NCBI GenBank assembly: GCA_965218435.1
Contig: CBDCKW010000009.1
Span: forward strand, 800,001-864,000
Length of the DNA: 64,000 nt
Reading direction: 5' to 3'
From: Truepera sp.
GTDB lineage: Bacteria; Deinococcota; Deinococci; Deinococcales; Trueperaceae
Shown: piece after piece, positions 11,532 through 21,505 of the stretch
How positions within the stretch are numbered: position 1 is the stretch's first letter
How the letters are laid out: the number at the start of each line of letters is the position of its first letter
Translations under genes and position numbers: made by a program
The notes under the pieces: model-generated
Databases searched by the model: none
Told to the model about the DNA's origin: nothing
The model's input: the letters and a program-made list of their open reading frames with translations, nothing else

Positions 11532-12029
11532 ATGATTCGGACTGCCATTTTAACGGTAAGTGATAAGGGTGCGGCAGGTCAACGAGGCGACACCACGGTT
11601 GACGGGGTTCGTGCGCTCCTGCAAGACGGCTTTGCTGAAACTGATTACAAGGTCGTCCCGGATGAGCCGGAGAAGATAAGGGCACAGCTCGAGACGTGGG
11701 CCGATTCGGGCGAGGTTGACCTGATTGTAACGACCGGCGGCACCGGACTCGCGCCGCGTGACCGGACGCCCGAAGCAACGAGGGCCGTCTTAGATTTTGA
11801 AGTTCTCGGTCTAGCCGAGGTGATGCGGGCCGAAGGTGTCAAGAAGAACCCAAAAGCGGCGTTGTCGCGGGGACTCGTCGGTGCGCGGAAGGAGACGTTA
11901 ATTGTCAACCTGCCGGGGAGTCCGAAGGGAGCTAAAGAGTCGTTAGAGGCAATTTTGGAGGTTCTCCCGCATGCGGTTGACACCTTAAAAGCCGAGAAAG
12001 AAAATGCGCCCGAAGATTGGCACCAGTAG
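11532..12029 (+). CDS. mog: MogA/MoaB molybdopterin adenylyltransferase
   Basis: ILTVSD, TTGGTGLAPRDRTPEAT, NLPGSPKG; start set at ATG 11532 (TATGCT 7 nt upstream). Confidence 0.85.
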   Translation: MIRTAILTVSDKGAAGQRGDTTVDGVRALLQDGFAETDYKVVPDEPEKIRAQLETWADSGEVDLIVTTGGTGLAPRDRTPEATRAVLDFEVLGLAEVMRAEGVKKNPKAALSRGLVGARKETLIVNLPGSPKGAKESLEAILEVLPHAVDTLKAEKENAPEDWHQ

Positions 12030-12339
12030 GTGAGGTCAGGTCAGCTAGCTCCGTGCCTCTTGAGGCACCTCTACACGCCTAAGCCCTAGCGTAGCGATCA
12101 TCCTAATCACGACTGCAAACCAAAGCGTCGCAAGTCGCAAAAGGAGTGTCGCTGCGCCCGCATCGGTTACACCCGCACCGGTCACGCCGAGCAGCAAGAT
12201 CATCGCCACTGCGGTGCCGCCCAGACCGCCGGATAAAGATGGCTGTATCTGAAAATTACGAGGAGGGGCAGCTCGAGCCCATTACCCGTGCTCTGTACAA
12301 ACGCGTTGACATAGTTCCTAAACACAGACTACCCAACGT

Positions 12340-13233
12340 CTAAACCCCGCTGGTCTCTTGGTAGGGCTCAGCGTAGACGCCGCGCAGATCATTAAGCCGG
12401 ATTTCAAAAAGTTCCCGTGTCATTGCCAGCGGCGAGAGCAGAGGATTGATGCGACTTTCGTTCATGTGCCGACAGACGACGCCTACCTCACGCGTCCGGC
12501 AACCGTATTTGTTGGCTAAGTAGATGATCTCGGTGTCAAAACCGAATCCGTCAATTCTGGCGAGCGCGAACAAGCGCCTGGCAACGTCGCCGTGAAACGC
12601 CTTAAAGCCGCTTTGCGTATCCCGAATATCGGTACGGATGACGGTTTGCACGAGTTTATTAAAGGTGCGTCCCATCAGCTCCCGGTACCACGGCTGATGC
12701 GCTGAATCCGACTCGGGCAGTGCGCGTGAAGCGAGGGCGATGTCACAGTCACCACGCATAATAGGCGGCAGCAGTTTTTCCATCTCTTCAACCGGATAAC
12801 TCAGGTCGGCGTCGGTAAAAAGCACCTCGCGCCCAACCGAAGCGAGGACGCCTTGCCTTACCGCGAAGCCTTTGCCCCGGTTGACGGGCCGGTTTTTGTC
12901 ATCGTTGTAGTGTACGACACGCACCCACGCCTTATCCCGTGCAAACTCCTTAGCGACCTCGCGCGTCGCGTCGCGCGAGCCGTCATCTACGATTAAAAGC
13001 TCAGCTGAGAGACCCTGCGCACACCGATATTCAGCGATACGCTCGAGCGTGGCCGGCAACCGCTTCGCTTCATTAAAGGCGGGTACGACGAGCGAAAGAG
13101 CATACGAGGTACAGGCGGCGGGCGTGATAACGTGCGTGACCGGTTTGCCGTGCTCGCCCCGACGCGTCTCGGCTCGCCCTGCGGAATGTTTGGGCCGTAA
13201 AGAGACCGGCGAGGTGACGGAAGTGCGTTTCAC
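12340..13233 (-). CDS. GT2 polyprenyl-phosphate glycosyltransferase (Dol-P-Glc synthase-like)
   Basis: VVPAFNE, VDDGSRD, NRGKGFAVRQG, FTDADLS, DTQSGFK, GFGFDTE. Confidence 0.88.
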   Translation of the reverse strand: MKRTSVTSPVSLRPKHSAGRAETRRGEHGKPVTHVITPAACTSYALSLVVPAFNEAKRLPATLERIAEYRCAQGLSAELLIVDDGSRDATREVAKEFARDKAWVRVVHYNDDKNRPVNRGKGFAVRQGVLASVGREVLFTDADLSYPVEEMEKLLPPIMRGDCDIALASRALPESDSAHQPWYRELMGRTFNKLVQTVIRTDIRDTQSGFKAFHGDVARRLFALARIDGFGFDTEIIYLANKYGCRTREVGVVCRHMNESRINPLLSPLAMTRELFEIRLNDLRGVYAEPYQETSGV

Positions 13234-13566
13234 GGTTTTTAATCTATCATAAGGTGCTGCTCTAAAAGTATGAGCCTGGAACTAAGCCATTACGGACCGT
13301 GAAACAGCCTACCGAAGTTTATCAAAGGTGGATTGTCTTTAAGTAAGCATAATGAAGAGGAAAACACGCGCACCACAAGGCTGGGCAGTTGCCCCTTCCA
13401 AACTACGCCTTTCAAAAGCGCGGAGAGCTTGACTGAAAGCGCGGCAGGTGGCAACGCCCAAAGCTCGAGCTGATCAAATCTGCGTTACCATATGCTTGTG
13501 TAAAGATAAGTGTGGCGGAGTTTTTAACTCTTACCAACCTGAAAAACCTGATATTTAAGAGGTTAT

Positions 13567-15762
13567 ATGCGTATGAAACCCCTACCTGCCACGTCTAAGG
13601 CTACAGCGCCACGCCGATTATCCCTGCCGCTCGTTCTAATCGCGCTGCTAGGCGCTGCGTTTGCCCTCTACCGTTTTGGTCTCCACGTCCTTAATCCAGA
13701 AAATATCTCTTGGTTTCGGGGCGATTCGGTAGGGCACTTTTTGGCGTGGCACTTTTTCCGGCGTGAGCCCTGGAGGTTTCCCCCCGGTGAGATTAGCGGC
13801 CTGCTCGCACCGCTCGGCACAAGTATCGGCAGCGCCGACGGTCTGCCACTGTTTGCTTTCCCGTTCAAGCTTTTTAGCGCCGCGTTGCCCCCCGACTTTC
13901 AGTATCTAGGTCTGTGGCTGTTTATCTCTTATGCACTTCAGGCTGTGTTTGGCTATCTGCTGCTGCGAACCTTTTGCCGGAGCCGCTGGCTGGCGCTTTT
14001 AGCCGGACTCTTTTTTCTCGTCAGCCCTATTATGATCTTCCGCGCCGGACACATCGCGCTCTCCGGCCACTGGATCCTTTTGTTTGCGCTCTGGCACTAC
14101 TTTAAGACAGCTCAGGAGCCGAGCTTTCGGCTTCGCCGCTACGCCGGGGTATGGCTTCTCATCGTCGCCCTCGTCGGCCTGATTCACCCCTACTTAGCGG
14201 CGATGGTTTTTCCGATCGCGTTCGCGTCGCTGCTACGTGAGCGGCTTCGCAAAAAGCTGACGCTCGTCTCTGCGTTTGGTCTGCTGCTGGGGATGAGCGG
14301 CGTGCTGGCGCTCGAGTGGTGGTTGTCGGGTCTGCTAGGAACCGGGCAAGAGTTGGGGAAATGGGGGTTTGATTACTTCTCAATGAACCTCAACGCGCTC
14401 TTTAACCCAATGACCCATTCCCGGCTGTTACCGACGCTGCCTACCGGTGGCGGGCAGTACGAAGGTCTCGCCTATCTGGGGCTCGGGATGATCATCCTCA
14501 GCCTCGTTGCCCTTACCTTGCTCTTTCGCAGCTCGGCCTTCACTGCGCCTCAGCGCGTCTTCAAACGCCTCCGCGCGTCCGGTCATCTACCGCTCGCTGT
14601 TATCGCCTTCTGCTTCGCCCTCTACTCGCTCGGCAAATTCGTAACGTTCGGCGACGCCAAGCTGTTCGAGTTCGGTTTTTTCGCTAACTTCAGAACGTTA
14701 ACCGGGACGTTTCGCGCCCCCGGACGTTTTTTTTGGCCCACCTACTACCTTATCTACCTCGTCGTCTTGGTCTATCTCGTGCGGCGGCTGCCCCGCAGCG
14801 TTGCGGCGCTCGTGCTGAGCGCAGGCCTACTCTTGCAAGTAGGCGATTTGAAGATCAATCTACCCTTTAGAGACGGGCAACAGACCTTTACCAGAAACCT
14901 TGAGGACAACAGGTGGGCGCAGCTGATAGGGCCGTTTAAGACGCTTGCCCTGATTCCTGCTTTTGAGCGCAAGACCGCGAACCGAGACGATTACCTGGCG
15001 TTTGCCTACCTCGCTGCAAGTCAGGGAAAACAGGTCACGACCGGGGCCGTAGCGAGGCTGCCGCTAGAGCTGTCTAACGCCAGGGACAGGTTAAGGGTGG
15101 AGGCCCTTGCGGGACCGAGGAGCCTCAATAGGTTGTATATTTTTAGTGCTGTCGCCTTCGCCCAACGTTACGCTCCTGAAATCGCTCCCGGTCTGCGCTG
15201 CTACAAACTTAACGCCTACGTCGCCTGCTACAACGACAAAGTCGAAAAGGTGGGCGGGATGGGGCCGGAAATCAACGTTCCTAGCTACATTCCGCAGGGG
15301 TACAAACGTGTCGAGCTAGCCGATTACCTCGAGACCTACCGCAAGCAAATCATCGTGATCGTGGCAAAAAAAGGTATTGGAGACCTTTCGGCCCGTGCGA
15401 GCCGCGCCCTTTTTAGAGGTGCGAGCACCCCGCCCGTGCCCCGTGACGGCTCCTACGCCGCTGTGATTCATCAGGGTTACGTGTCGTTTGAAGAGGTAAG
15501 CGAAGATAAAATTGCGCAAGAAACGTGGCACGAGGGCGACGTATTGGGGACCGGCACCGAAGCGTTCCGCGTCCCAAAAACTCTCAAGGTCTATTCGGTC
15601 GGGACGCCCGCTGCACGCGCGGCCAACGTCTTTTTAGACGGCAAGATGTTACTCGAGCCAGGGCGTGGCCTCAACATTGTCGTCCTCGACAAGAATTTTA
15701 GAGTCGTCTCTAAAGCACTTTTTGATACGTTCATTACTGACGAAGCAGTTGTTAAAAAGTGA
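13567..15762 (+). CDS. Multi-TM membrane protein, DUF6311/GT-C-like, with C-terminal extracytoplasmic domain
   Basis: GDSVGHFLAWHFFRREPWRFP, D.LPLFAFPFK, QYLGLW, HPYL, YEGLAYLGLG, FRAPGRFFWP; many TM segments. Confidence 0.7.
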   Translation: MRMKPLPATSKATAPRRLSLPLVLIALLGAAFALYRFGLHVLNPENISWFRGDSVGHFLAWHFFRREPWRFPPGEISGLLAPLGTSIGSADGLPLFAFPFKLFSAALPPDFQYLGLWLFISYALQAVFGYLLLRTFCRSRWLALLAGLFFLVSPIMIFRAGHIALSGHWILLFALWHYFKTAQEPSFRLRRYAGVWLLIVALVGLIHPYLAAMVFPIAFASLLRERLRKKLTLVSAFGLLLGMSGVLALEWWLSGLLGTGQELGKWGFDYFSMNLNALFNPMTHSRLLPTLPTGGGQYEGLAYLGLGMIILSLVALTLLFRSSAFTAPQRVFKRLRASGHLPLAVIAFCFALYSLGKFVTFGDAKLFEFGFFANFRTLTGTFRAPGRFFWPTYYLIYLVVLVYLVRRLPRSVAALVLSAGLLLQVGDLKINLPFRDGQQTFTRNLEDNRWAQLIGPFKTLALIPAFERKTANRDDYLAFAYLAASQGKQVTTGAVARLPLELSNARDRLRVEALAGPRSLNRLYIFSAVAFAQRYAPEIAPGLRCYKLNAYVACYNDKVEKVGGMGPEINVPSYIPQGYKRVELADYLETYRKQIIVIVAKKGIGDLSARASRALFRGASTPPVPRDGSYAAVIHQGYVSFEEVSEDKIAQETWHEGDVLGTGTEAFRVPKTLKVYSVGTPAARAANVFLDGKMLLEPGRGLNIVVLDKNFRVVSKALFDTFITDEAVVKK

Positions 15763-15770
15763 CGAGGTTG

Positions 15771-17300
15771 TCACAGTCCTTCCGGTGACTCATCCTCGGC
15801 TTCACGGCAGGTTTCCGCCGCGCACGCCTGGAGCCGTGCAGCGTGGTCTGAATACGCCTTGAGGACTCCCGGGTCCGTGCGAGAATAGAGATTATCTAGT
15901 TCAAAGGGGTCGTTTTGCAGGTCGTAAAGCTCACCCTCTTGGGTGCCGTCCTGATAGCTGTATTCGACAAACAAATGTCGTTTGCTCCGCACAGCGCGGT
16001 ATTTGGGAACCGGCCCTATAGGATAGTTTTCCTCTAACACGCTCCGAGGCCAAAACTCGGTTCCCACCGTCTGCCGCCACGGGACCGCGGCACTGTCGGC
16101 ACTGTTTCCACCGTCCCAAAGGGGTTTAAGCGACCGCCCATCAACGAATGCCGGGACGTTTGCACCGACCAGTCCGGCCAGCGTCGGCGCGAGGTCGGTG
16201 TTAAGCACTAACTCGCCTTTGGTCTGTCCTGTAGGAATTCCCGGCCCCCGGATAATCAGCGGAATCTGACTCGCGGCGGCGTAAGGGGTCAGCTTCATCC
16301 GCATCAAACGGTGCTCGCCGGAGTGAAAGCCTTGATCCGAGGTAAAGACGATATAGGTATTTTGCAGCTCACCCGCTGCTGCAAGGGTGTCTATCAGTCT
16401 GCCGACCATTTCGTCAACGGCCAAGAGCATTTCGGCTTGTTTACGGTAAGTCTCATCTTCGCCCGCGATTTGCGCTGCGTTCATCGGCAGGCGTTCCCTG
16501 ACCCAGCGCGGTTTATCGGAGACGTCGGCCTCGTTAAAGGCGGGTGACCGGGGCACTTGCAAGCCCAAGAGTTTATCTTTGTGCCGCTCAGCGGGAATAA
16601 CCGGCAGGTGCGGCGCGGTCGGGGCTAGGTAGAGAAAAAAAGGTTTGCTGCTCCGCCGGTTGCGCTGGATGAAGTTCACCGCTTGGTCTGAAAGCACATC
16701 GGTCTGGTAGTCGCTGGCTTTGCTGCCGTACCAGACGGCTCGGCCCCCCTCGTTGACGCGGTAGTTGTACATCTGATAGGGCCGGTTGTCGGGTGCATCA
16801 AAAAAGCCGAACCACTCGTTCCAACCCGGCGGGATGTAGCTGCGCCGGGGTTCCCGGTAGTTGGGCGGATTGTCTTCAGGTGGGCCGAACGGATACGAGT
16901 TTAAGTATTTGCCCATCAGCGCCGTTTCGTAGCCTTTGTCTTGTAACCACGTTGCCAAGGTCGAGGCTTCATAGCCGGTCTGGTAGAACTTCGGAAAGCC
17001 CCCCTGCGGCCCCCCGTTGGAATAGACCGTATGGTTGTGAACATATTGTCCTCGTAAAACCGTGGTGCGGGCCGGGCAGCAGAGGCTGGTCGTCGCAAAG
17101 GCGCTGCTAAACGTGACCCCTTGAGCGGCCAAGAGGCGCTGAACGTTGGGCATCACGGCGGTGAGTTCGGCGGGTTGGTCGTCGGTCATGAGATAGACGA
17201 TGTTCGGCCCGGTTTTTACGGGTACGGTGCAAGAAGACAGGGCGAGGAGTAGGCTCAGAGCAGCGGTGAGATAGCTAATTCGCACAGCCGATGCTAACAC
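15771..17300 (-). CDS. Sulfatase (GlcNAc-6-sulfatase-like), probable lipoprotein
   Basis: PNIVYLMTDDQ, FGly motif LCCPARTTVLRG, GKYLN, SDQG; lipobox LSSC. Confidence 0.9.
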   Translation of the reverse strand: MLASAVRISYLTAALSLLLALSSCTVPVKTGPNIVYLMTDDQPAELTAVMPNVQRLLAAQGVTFSSAFATTSLCCPARTTVLRGQYVHNHTVYSNGGPQGGFPKFYQTGYEASTLATWLQDKGYETALMGKYLNSYPFGPPEDNPPNYREPRRSYIPPGWNEWFGFFDAPDNRPYQMYNYRVNEGGRAVWYGSKASDYQTDVLSDQAVNFIQRNRRSSKPFFLYLAPTAPHLPVIPAERHKDKLLGLQVPRSPAFNEADVSDKPRWVRERLPMNAAQIAGEDETYRKQAEMLLAVDEMVGRLIDTLAAAGELQNTYIVFTSDQGFHSGEHRLMRMKLTPYAAASQIPLIIRGPGIPTGQTKGELVLNTDLAPTLAGLVGANVPAFVDGRSLKPLWDGGNSADSAAVPWRQTVGTEFWPRSVLEENYPIGPVPKYRAVRSKRHLFVEYSYQDGTQEGELYDLQNDPFELDNLYSRTDPGVLKAYSDHAARLQACAAETCREAEDESPEGL

Positions 17301-17392
17301 GCAGGTGCTGACGCGTAAGGGAGGCTCGAGCCGCCTTTTCCGGCCTACCGCTGGCTCAGAGAGCTTTACTGTTGCGCCCGTATGATGCCCTG

Positions 17393-17875
17393 ATGACGAC
17401 GCTGATTTTGGCCGGGTTGGTCTTTACGCTTTTTTATCTGGTCGGTGTTTTAAGCGTCGTGCTGCCTGCCTTGCCGGGAGTGCCGGTGGTCGCTGTCGGC
17501 GCACTTTTAGCCGCTTGGATAGGCGGGTTTCACACGCTGACCTGGACCACGGTGCTGATCGTCGCGGCGCTCGCGGCGTTCGCCTGGCTGCTCGACTACC
17601 TGGCGGCGGTTTTGGGGGCTAGGCAGTTCGGCTCGAGCCCAGCCGGTCTTTGGGGCAGCATCATCGGGTCTATCGTCGGCATTTTTTTCCCACCTTTGGG
17701 CTTTATCGTTGGGGCGCTCGTCGGCGCGGTCATTGCCGAACTTTTTGTCGGACGGCCCTTCGGCGAGGCGTTTCGGGCCGGTATCGGCGCGTTTGTCGGG
17801 ACGCTCGGGGGTATCGTCGCCAAAATCATCATCCTGGTCAGTATCGCCTTCGTGGTGTACCCGAAGTTTTTTTAA
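17393..17875 (+). CDS. DUF456 membrane protein
   Basis: VLPALPG, DYLA..LGARQFG.S, G.IVG.FF; start ATG 17393 (TATGAT 6 nt upstream). Confidence 0.8.
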   Translation: MTTLILAGLVFTLFYLVGVLSVVLPALPGVPVVAVGALLAAWIGGFHTLTWTTVLIVAALAAFAWLLDYLAAVLGARQFGSSPAGLWGSIIGSIVGIFFPPLGFIVGALVGAVIAELFVGRPFGEAFRAGIGAFVGTLGGIVAKIIILVSIAFVVYPKFF

Positions 17876-17952
17876 CGTTTATACTAGAGCGCATTTGTCT
17901 TGACGTTGCCCCTTCCTATATTCGGGCGGCGCGTCATCTGAAAGAGGTTTAG

Positions 17953-18873
17953 ATGGACCCCATTATGTTGCAACTCGGGCCGCTGGCGCTGCGCTGGTAC
18001 GGTTTTTTTATCGCGCTGGGCGTACTGATCGGCTCGAATTGGACGCTTTATGAAGCCAAAAAACGTGGGCTTGACACCGACAAGCTGCTCGACATGACGC
18101 TCTGGCTGGTGATCGCCGGACTTGTCGGCGCACGCCTCGTCTACGTCTTGACGAGTCCGGCGGCCTACTTTGGACCCGGCGGGAACCCGTGGAACGCCGT
18201 GGCCATCTGGCAGGGCGGCGGCAGCATTCACGGTGGCGTGTTGGGTATTTTTGTCGCCGTCTGGCTTTACTCACGTATCCATAAGCTCAACATGTGGTCA
18301 TACCTAGACGTGTTGACGCCGGTCGGCGCGTTCGGCGTCATCGGCGGGCGCTTGGGCAACTTTATGAACGGTTCGGACACGACCGGACGGGTGACGGGCT
18401 GGCCTATCGGTTTTACCTGGCCTGAACCGGGAACGCAGACCTTCGGCGCAGTGGGGCGCTTTATCTTCGGCGACGACCTCTGGGCCAACTCGCCGCAGGT
18501 CATTGTCAACGGTCAGGTCGCTTACGGGCCGGTTCACCTGACGCAAGGGTACGGTGTGCTGATCGGCATTGCACTTATTTTTATCTTGTTGTGGGCGTTT
18601 CGGCGGAGCCGCGCACCGGGATTTGTCTGGTGGCAGTTTGTCTTGTGGTATTCGGTGCTCCGGTCGGTGTTTGAAGAGACGTTTCGTAACAATCCGCTCT
18701 TTTGGAATGTGTATTTGCGTGAGGGTGTCAACTCGCCCGGTATCGGACTTTTTACGCTGACGCAGCTTGTCAGTGTGCCGCTGATTTTGGTGTCACTTTA
18801 CTTTTTGCTGACGTTAAACCCCGACCAACCGGTCAAACGCGACACGCTGACCCGGAAGGCCAGGGGACGTTAG
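17953..18873 (+). CDS. lgt: Prolipoprotein diacylglyceryl transferase
   Basis: LGPLALRWYG, GARLVYV, IWQGGGSIHGG, GRLGNFMN. Confidence 0.93.
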   Translation: MDPIMLQLGPLALRWYGFFIALGVLIGSNWTLYEAKKRGLDTDKLLDMTLWLVIAGLVGARLVYVLTSPAAYFGPGGNPWNAVAIWQGGGSIHGGVLGIFVAVWLYSRIHKLNMWSYLDVLTPVGAFGVIGGRLGNFMNGSDTTGRVTGWPIGFTWPEPGTQTFGAVGRFIFGDDLWANSPQVIVNGQVAYGPVHLTQGYGVLIGIALIFILLWAFRRSRAPGFVWWQFVLWYSVLRSVFEETFRNNPLFWNVYLREGVNSPGIGLFTLTQLVSVPLILVSLYFLLTLNPDQPVKRDTLTRKARGR

Positions 18874-19625
18874 TGCTGGGGGTGGTCATCTTGGCAGCGG
18901 GGCAAGGAACACGGATGCGTTCACCGCTCCCGAAGGTGCTCCACGAAGCGGCCGGAAAGCCGCTGTTAGAACATGTGTTGGGCGCGGTAGCACCCCTCGA
19001 GCCCGCCCAAACTGTCGTCATCGTCGGGCACGAGGCCGAGCAGGTCGAGGCGCGTTTTGCCGACTACCTTGTTCATGGCCACCCCTTGACCTTTGTACGG
19101 CAAGACTTTTCGCAGGGGTACGGCACAGGTGCAGCACTTAAGCAAGCTGAGGACGCTTTTGCTAACTTTGGGGACAACATCATGGTGCTAAGTGGTGACG
19201 TTCCTTTAGTTCGTACAGCGACGCTCCGTGCGCTTGCCCAAAGGCAAGCTGCTCAGGCTGAAGGCATGACCTTTTTGACGTGTATGATGGAAAACCCTCA
19301 CGGGATGGGACGCATTATCCGTGCGGGGGACGGCAGCGTCTCCCGTATCGTTGAAGAAAAAGACCTGACGCCTGCAGAACGAGAGATTCACGAGATGAAC
19401 CCTGCGCTCTACGTGTTTGACCGGCACGTGTTTGACTTGGCAGCTGAGCTTAAAAACGACAATGCGGCGGGTGAATACTACCTCACCGATCTCGTAGACC
19501 TCTATCTGCGTGCCCATCGCCCGGTGCAGACCGTTTTAGGCGATGACGAGACCGAGATTTTGGGTGTCAACGACCAAAAGCAGTTGGCGCACGTTGACCG
19601 GTTGCTCAGGGCTAGAACGGCCTAG
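18873..19625 (+). CDS. GlmU-type sugar-phosphate nucleotidyltransferase, N-terminal domain only
   Basis: ILAAGQGTRMRSPLPKVLH, LSGDVPL, IVEEKD, NAAGEYYLTD, GVND; ends at 250 aa with no hexapeptide domain. Confidence 0.85.
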   Translation: MLGVVILAAGQGTRMRSPLPKVLHEAAGKPLLEHVLGAVAPLEPAQTVVIVGHEAEQVEARFADYLVHGHPLTFVRQDFSQGYGTGAALKQAEDAFANFGDNIMVLSGDVPLVRTATLRALAQRQAAQAEGMTFLTCMMENPHGMGRIIRAGDGSVSRIVEEKDLTPAEREIHEMNPALYVFDRHVFDLAAELKNDNAAGEYYLTDLVDLYLRAHRPVQTVLGDDETEILGVNDQKQLAHVDRLLRARTA

Positions 19626-19685
19626 CAATTCAAACGCCTGGATGGTCTCCGGGCGCTCAGCTGAAGTAAAGCAAGTTGGCGTGAG

Positions 19686-20525
19686 TTAGTCGCGCAAAAA
19701 GTCCAGCAGCAACTGATTAAACTTTTCGGTGTGGGTCAAGACTAAACCGTGCGGCGCACCTTCAAACACCTCGAGCCTACTCCCTGAAACGAGTTTATGC
19801 GCCTCTTGTGCACTGACCTCTAAGGGCACAATCTGGTCGGCGTCGCCGTGAACGAACATCGTCGGCACGTCAATTTTGGCCATATCAGGGCGGAAGTCGG
19901 TTTCGCCAAACGCCGTGATGCAGTCTAAGGTTCCTTTAGGTGACGCGTAAGAAGCGATGCTTAGGGTGTAACCGAGTGCCGGGTCACTGACCGCTGTACC
20001 GTCCGGCCCAACTCCTTTATCGTGGTTGACGAACATCTTGTTAAAGCCTTCCAAAAAGCCGATCCGGTCTGTTTTAACGTTTTGCTTAAACTCATCGAAG
20101 ACGCTTCTATCAACGCCGCTGGGATTGTCGTCAGTTTTAAGCATGTACGGCGTCACGGCGCTGACGAAGACTGCCTTAGACACACGCTCAGAACCGTACT
20201 GTCCAAAGTAACGCGCCACTTCGCCGCCGCCCATCGAAAAGCCGACCAACGTGGCGTCCTGGAGCTCGAGCGCACTAAGGAGCGCCTGTAAATCCGCTGA
20301 CATCGTGTTGTAGTCGTAACCGTCCCACGGTTTGTCCGAATCGCCAAAACCGCGCCGGTCGTAAGACACCACGCGGTAGCCCGCCTCGACGAGCGGCTGC
20401 ACCTGATACTCCCACATGCGGTGACTTAGCGGCCAGCCGTGGATCAGCACGACTGGTTTTCCCTGCCCGTAGTCTTCAAAGTAAAGGCTGACGGTCCCTT
20501 GTCCTTCGATCTTGAGAAAAGGCAT
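19686..20525 (-). CDS. Alpha/beta hydrolase (non-heme chloroperoxidase/arylesterase-like)
   Basis: LIHGWP, YDRRGFG, GFSMGG, HGDADQIVP, GAPHG. Confidence 0.9.
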   Translation of the reverse strand: MPFLKIEGQGTVSLYFEDYGQGKPVVLIHGWPLSHRMWEYQVQPLVEAGYRVVSYDRRGFGDSDKPWDGYDYNTMSADLQALLSALELQDATLVGFSMGGGEVARYFGQYGSERVSKAVFVSAVTPYMLKTDDNPSGVDRSVFDEFKQNVKTDRIGFLEGFNKMFVNHDKGVGPDGTAVSDPALGYTLSIASYASPKGTLDCITAFGETDFRPDMAKIDVPTMFVHGDADQIVPLEVSAQEAHKLVSGSRLEVFEGAPHGLVLTHTEKFNQLLLDFLRD

Positions 20526-20868
20526 AGGTGTACACTCCTTTGGGGTAATATTTACGCCGTCCCCCGGCTTGCACAGCGGTAGTTATGACTATCGAACAAA
20601 ACGTTCGGACAAACAATGGTGCGGACTACAAGCGTCACGGGTGCGTCTTTATTGAGCAGGTATCATCGGGGCGGCAACGCTCACTATACAAGCCTTGCTG
20701 ACGAGCACGCACGTTTGGACGTGATTTTGGTCGCAACTTTTTGTGGAAACGTTGTTAGCCGAGCGCAAAGCCGACGAAGAGAAAAAAACCTCCTCTTCGT
20801 CCCTGGGGCCGAGTAAAGGTGTTTTTCGTCAAAAGCTTGCAGTTGGTACTGAACGCCTGAGCGTCAGC

Positions 20869-21456
20869 TTAGCTGCGTTTATAGATGTAACGCCCCAGCC
20901 ACGTACCCGCCAGCAAACCCGGTACCGCTAACGCGACGTAGAGCGGATTGGGGGCCGATGACGCACCCTCGAGCGGCGGCAGTTGCGGAAATCCGAGCTG
21001 CGGCAAGAGCGCCTTAAGCCCTTCGACGCCGAGTGCTAAGCCAAAACCGGCTAAAAGCGTGATGGTAAGCGCCTGCGTGACCCCACGGCGGTAAAGCCAC
21101 AGCACGAAGAAGTAGCCCAGGATCAGGTAGATAAATACGTGTGTCACGAACGAAAGCGTGGTCGTCTGCTGGGGTACGAACGCCTGCGAGACGATGACGG
21201 TGGTGGTAAAGAGCAGGTACGCCGTATTAAACACCGAGCGGCCCATCCCAGGTGCCGGACGCTCGTTTTGGCCCGAGTTACCCCCCTCACCCTTCTTCGT
21301 CCCCGTCGTTTTGGTCTCTGCCGTTTTCGCTGGTGAAGCACGTTTGGTCTGCGCTACCCGCACACGGTTCGTGCGGCGCAGCTCTTTACGCCGCTCCTGC
21401 TCGCGTTCACGCTTTTTGTCGGATTTTTCGTTTGCCCGTTTAAGTTGCCTGTTCAC
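20869..21456 (-). CDS. Hypothetical membrane protein with basic N-terminus
   Basis: Charged N-terminus plus about 4 TM; leaderless-type TAGGCT 6 nt before GTG. Confidence 0.7.
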   Translation of the reverse strand: MNRQLKRANEKSDKKREREQERRKELRRTNRVRVAQTKRASPAKTAETKTTGTKKGEGGNSGQNERPAPGMGRSVFNTAYLLFTTTVIVSQAFVPQQTTTLSFVTHVFIYLILGYFFVLWLYRRGVTQALTITLLAGFGLALGVEGLKALLPQLGFPQLPPLEGASSAPNPLYVALAVPGLLAGTWLGRYIYKRS

Positions 21457-21505
21457 CCGTTCAGCCTACCGCATCCGTTTGAGGTCACGCATCCCTCCTT
21501 GTCCC

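Noticed and set aside
12146..12343. Short ORF with EEGQLEPITRALYKR, faintly like an AbiEi antitoxin N-terminus
   Set aside because: Too short, no partner gene; similarity cannot be supported without a search.
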